From Kudoa neothunni (taxonomy: Eukaryota > Animalia > Cnidaria): 64,000 bases of DNA. The first letter of the stretch is position 1. Every line of letters starts with the position of its first letter. The stretch spans positions 10,651,186 to 10,715,185 of the forward strand of contig OZ199839.1 of assembly GCA_964304625.1 (NCBI GenBank), read 5' to 3'. The translations under genes were made by a program, and so were the position numbers. Of the stretch, positions 60,201 through 64,000 are shown piece after piece. The notes beneath the pieces are model-generated. The model saw nothing but the letters and a program-made list of their open reading frames with translations. It ran no database searches and was not told where the DNA came from.

Positions 60201-60656
60201 GTAAAAACGAAGTATATTTGGTGGCAATGTTGTGGTAGTTGATCACTTTGTCCAATTCTTTTGTAACCAATAAAGCATCTAATTACAATTAGATGCATCC
60301 GAAAAAATTCTTTAGTCTTTATTGCAGGAAAAATCAAATTCAAGAGATACTATGCTCTAACAATTTCAAGCTTGGAAATGGTTTTTCTGAAAATTTTTAG
60401 CCTCAATCTCCAACTCATCGAAAATCCTGCTACAGTTATCAATAATTTCCAACTTGATATTTAAAATATAACATTTTATTAAATCCCATCAATTATCATT
60501 TTTAATACGTTAGACACTGTCATGTCGTGATAGATTTTCATATTGTCCTTCCATTCATTTATTTTGGTGCCATCCTTAATAATTGAATTAAAATGAAGAA
60601 ATAAGTTTTTTCTGAGGTACCGAATCGGAATATTCAACAGAATTTCCTACTGACAT
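57211..60656 (-). CDS. EXOC7: Exocyst subunit Exo70 (EXOC7), many short introns; multiple single-base frameshifts in this sequence
   Basis: Reconstructed segments match Exo70 as I recall it: ELDKVINYHNIA, LIGQGQKNLVREM, DANVHEFTSN, LVEKSAAYPD...LFLINNYNYI, IKNSFK|TFNAELE and YGDIPFTSKTSKYIKYTP. ATG at 60656; 3' end approximate. Confidence 0.85.
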
Positions 60657-61288
60657 ATTTATCTTCGTTGAATTACGTCATAACTCGGTTCGAGAAAACT
60701 TCGGTCTTATTAATTCGTAAATATCTTTATGAGCATACCAAATTGTTAAAAGTGCTTTATTTTAAATAGTTTTTTTATTACATTGATGGAATATTATTAG
60801 TTGAGGAATTTGCGTTTTAATAATCTCTACTGGGTTATCCCCATTATCTATTGTAATTACACTCATTATTATCGTGTTATTCAAAAATCATCACCCGTTA
60901 CTATATTATTTTTATTTTTTCATGTAGTTTTCGTATTTTTTAATTTTTAAACAAATGTAAGTTTTTCATCCCATAAACGAAACAAAAATAAGAATATCAT
61001 GAATCGATTCGTAAAAATAATCAATGGAGTGGAAGATTAAAAATTAAATTAAAGAATATTTTTAGGTTTATGTATTTTAGAAAATAAAGATAATTTCGTT
61101 ATATACAATTCGGTTCAAATAAAATGTGGATTTTAAATTCTTTTTTGACTAATTAAAGTAAAAAATATTTATTTATATTAATTATACTGCACTCTATTTT
61201 TAATACGTTGTAATCTTTAGAAATCCATAAACTATTCCTAATTGATTTAGAAGACGTATAAAGCAATAAAACGAATATAAATAAAGAT

Positions 61289-63352
61289 TCATTCAGCTTT
61301 GATCTTCAGCAAACTCTCGGTCCTGAGTAATTCAATTCGTTGTGTTTTTGCATATTTTTTAGTAATTGTGTCTAGACAAGGAAAAGAATAATAATATATG
61401 AAGTCAGAATCCTACTTTTATTGTTTAATTTTATATAGGGCTTTAAAAATTGGGAAAAGAGGAAAATTGATGTTCTTGCTAGTGTGTACTTCAAATTGCT
61501 TATTTTAATCCTTTTAGTCTTCAAAATGCTTGACAAAAAATATCGAAATCGTCTATTTCTCAGTTAAGTATTGAAGATAAAATCAAAATAACCAACCATG
61601 GTAATGGAATGAATAGTCATAGCTAACGGGGTGGTGCTGCTGATTGCACATACGTTAAGTTCGGTTACAATCCTCATAATCAATCATTACATCAAATGGT
61701 CAAAAAACCGAGGAATCCCCACAAAACTAAAGAATATTTTCAAAAAAAATAATTATTTGTATTTTTGCGCAAGTGTGTTTCTCGGTATTGCATAACTTTT
61801 CCTTGGTCCTAAAGGTTACGCAATATCGATAGTTTATTGTAATCTTTTTTCTCGTTAATCACAAATACCTCATCTCATACACCTTAGGGAAGGGGTTCAC
61901 AACCGGGGGGTAGATTAATCGACATCAAAATTAGCCAGAAATGCTTAAAATGTTTTAGGGAATAAGTATTTGACAATTATTTATAAATCTATTACCAGTC
62001 TCTTTCCTTTATGCCTCGTTTATCTTTTAGAGGTTTTGCCAAATAATAATAATAATAATAATAATACTCAAAGTGGCTATTTGCATAATAAATAATATTT
62101 AGGCATCACTAATTTTGACTATTTTTAATTATTTTTGGGTCCCAAGAGAAATGGTCTGCATAAGAAATAATTCGATTCAGCAAAATCTAAAAAATTAAAC
62201 CTGTAGACAGCTTTGTGAATAAGAGTTCATGGGATTAAAAATTGTCATTATGCAAGCATACATGTCTTTTAGGGTCGGAATTTATTCACCCCCCCCCCCC
62301 CAAATAGCCTCTACCATAGCTAAGCTAGTATGAAACCTCAAATTAAATATGAATCTGGCTCCCAAGCGAAACGTGTTAAGAGGGGCGAAGTCGAAAAAAC
62401 GGTTGAGTACCCCTGCCTTATGAGATTAAACCTCAGTAGTGATTTTGATATAAATATGTCCTTTAAATTTCTGAAAAGTTTTACGTTACAATTTTCCTAT
62501 TTTTTATTAAGTAAAAATATATCAAGTTGCGTTTACTGGCCAAAACAATCCAACAAACCTTAATGTAATAAGATAATGAAGATCATTATCTTCAATATCA
62601 TCTGTATATAGAATTACAATTACATATTTATAGCATCGAAATATACTTTGAAAGCAATTTTTCAAGGAATACAGGATAGATTTGACTCTCAGTCAAAAAA
62701 ATATTTTACTCGGAGGATTTGTTTTGACGCCATATTTTTCAAAATCTGTATGAGGTAGAAAATGTCAAAAAGATATGCGAATTAAGACAACTAAACTTTA
62801 GGGTAAATTTCGTGCGATTGTATGGTCAAAATAAGATCGGTCTGGGTAGTAAAAATCTCAGATTCTTTATAGTTATAGGGTTAAATGTGAGATTATTAGT
62901 ATTCGATCTTTAATTTGTCTAAAACATTAATCATTTAATTTTTTTAATAATTTATTACAGCATGAAAACTAATATAATAGATTAAATGAATTTTTAAATT
63001 CTCAAGCGTGTTTAAATACAAAAAATTGAGAACATTTTACAAAAACCTATAAAACGTTTTAAAGGTGTTGAAACTCATAAAAAGGTGTGGACTGTTGCGA
63101 ATTTTTACTTGCCACATCACATCGACGTCATTCGATAATATTCCAAATAATAATTGGACAAGCTGTCATGGAGACAAACAATTTTCTAGTTCCTAAAGGA
63201 GACCATAATTATTAAAATGAATGAATGAATTATTTATTTATTTATTTGTTATGTGGTGGGTTTACTACCTCGAGAGACAGCATTTGAGTTGAGATAGTTG
63301 AAGGGGGAATTTCAGTGTAGACAACACTTTTGATAATTTTTAGTGTAATCAT
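61289..63352 (-). CDS. Multi-exon gene, possibly divergent DNA primase large-subunit (PRIM2)-like; frameshifted in this sequence
   Basis: Regular short GT-AG introns separate open exons: MITLKIIKSVVYTEIPPSTISTQMLSLE|ELENCL, YKESEIFTTQTDLILTIQSHEIYPK|ILKNM..., and final DSDFIYYYSFPCLDTITKKYAKTQRIELLRTESLLKIKAE*. Weak similarity to PRIM2 Y..PP...ISL.EFE, D.ISHFIL and SFPPCM motifs. Confidence 0.35.
61890..62415. mobile_element. hAT MITE inserted within the 61289-63352 gene
   Basis: TIRs AGGGGTTCACAACC / GGTTGAGTACCCCTG. TSD CCTTAGGG vs CCTTATGA (6/8). Confidence 0.7.
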
Positions 63353-63429
63353 CTTTTTACTAAATCAGTGGTTGACATTAAGTGTGATGGAAACATAACT
63401 AATAAAAGTACATTCGTAAGGAGATTGTA

Positions 63430-63508
63430 TTGGCGAAAGCGCGGGAAAATTTGAAGTAATAGATTTGAATTTGGCGCCAATTAATTGAAACTTTCATGTT
63501 GGCGCGAA
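63430..63508. promoter_or_regulatory. E2F/DREAM-type cell-cycle promoter (E2F sites plus CHR elements)
   Basis: GCGCGGGAAAA directly followed by TTTGAA (63439-63455), TTTGAA followed by TTTGGCGCCAA (63464-63480), TTGGCGCGAA (63499-63508) and TTGGCG (63430), all about 80-150 bp upstream of the 63352 ATG. Confidence 0.6.
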
Positions 63509-64000
63509 TATTTTCAATAAAAAACTAAATCACACAAAACCTAAGAATCATACGAATTATAAACATGTAGATACCGTGAAATAGTTGTTGTAAAGTTGAT
63601 CACACAGATTAGTGCTCATCACACATTTATTTCTAGTGATGGAGTGAAACAAAGTAATCCTTATACAGTAACTTATGGGTCATACGTAATATCGCAATAA
63701 AACATAAATTAATCAGTAATAGATAATTCAACCCAAATATTATAAACTTAATAACATTAGCAACATCTTACCTAAATTTGACTTTAGAAAAATTACATTA
63801 TCAATGGTTTTTATGCATTCTGTGTGTGTGCGTAATGATTTTTATTTCCCTTTTGATTACGCACGACCCATAAGTCACCATATATACAAAATTTTTCACT
63901 AAATTACATTTCTTCCAAAGTTAAATTTTGATAGTGTTGTGACTGATTGACCTCTTCATTAATGTTGTCGATGAAAAATTCATACAATGTCCAATCCCCA

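Noticed and set aside
63160-63175. In-frame TGA in the second coding exon of the primase-like gene read as selenocysteine or recoding
   Set aside because: The region is full of single-base insertions, removing one C gives a more PRIM2-like frame, and I saw no SECIS.

Overview
This is AT-rich eukaryotic nuclear DNA from an animal (it carries Ovo and Groucho/TLE). Its very short GT-AG introns (mostly about 35-70 nt) and strongly diverged proteins fit a reduced, fast-evolving lineage such as a myxozoan- or orthonectid-type parasite; the taxon is inference only. I rebuilt seven recognisable spliced genes by hand: SYF2, an Ovo-type zinc finger, RPF2, a divergent beta-tubulin, IQGAP, Groucho/TLE and Exo70. 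An eighth, badly frameshifted gene that may be DNA primase large-subunit-like lies behind an E2F/CHR promoter. Intergenic DNA is packed with cut-and-paste DNA transposons and MITEs: pogo/Tigger, Mutator/MULE, Merlin/ISXO2, Buster-type hAT, piggyBac and a CAC-ended foldback element, many with visible TIRs and target-site duplications. Main oddities: (1) about 11 or more single extra bases, each duplicating a neighbouring base, in otherwise intact Exo70 exons, plus one in beta-tubulin; long-read consensus error is most likely, but editing or recoding is testable. (2) A beta-tubulin with Ala198 plus Tyr200 and no axonemal tail motif. (3) The E2F/CHR-driven primase-like orphan. I found no tRNA, rRNA or CRISPR, and I cannot show a definitively new system from sequence alone.
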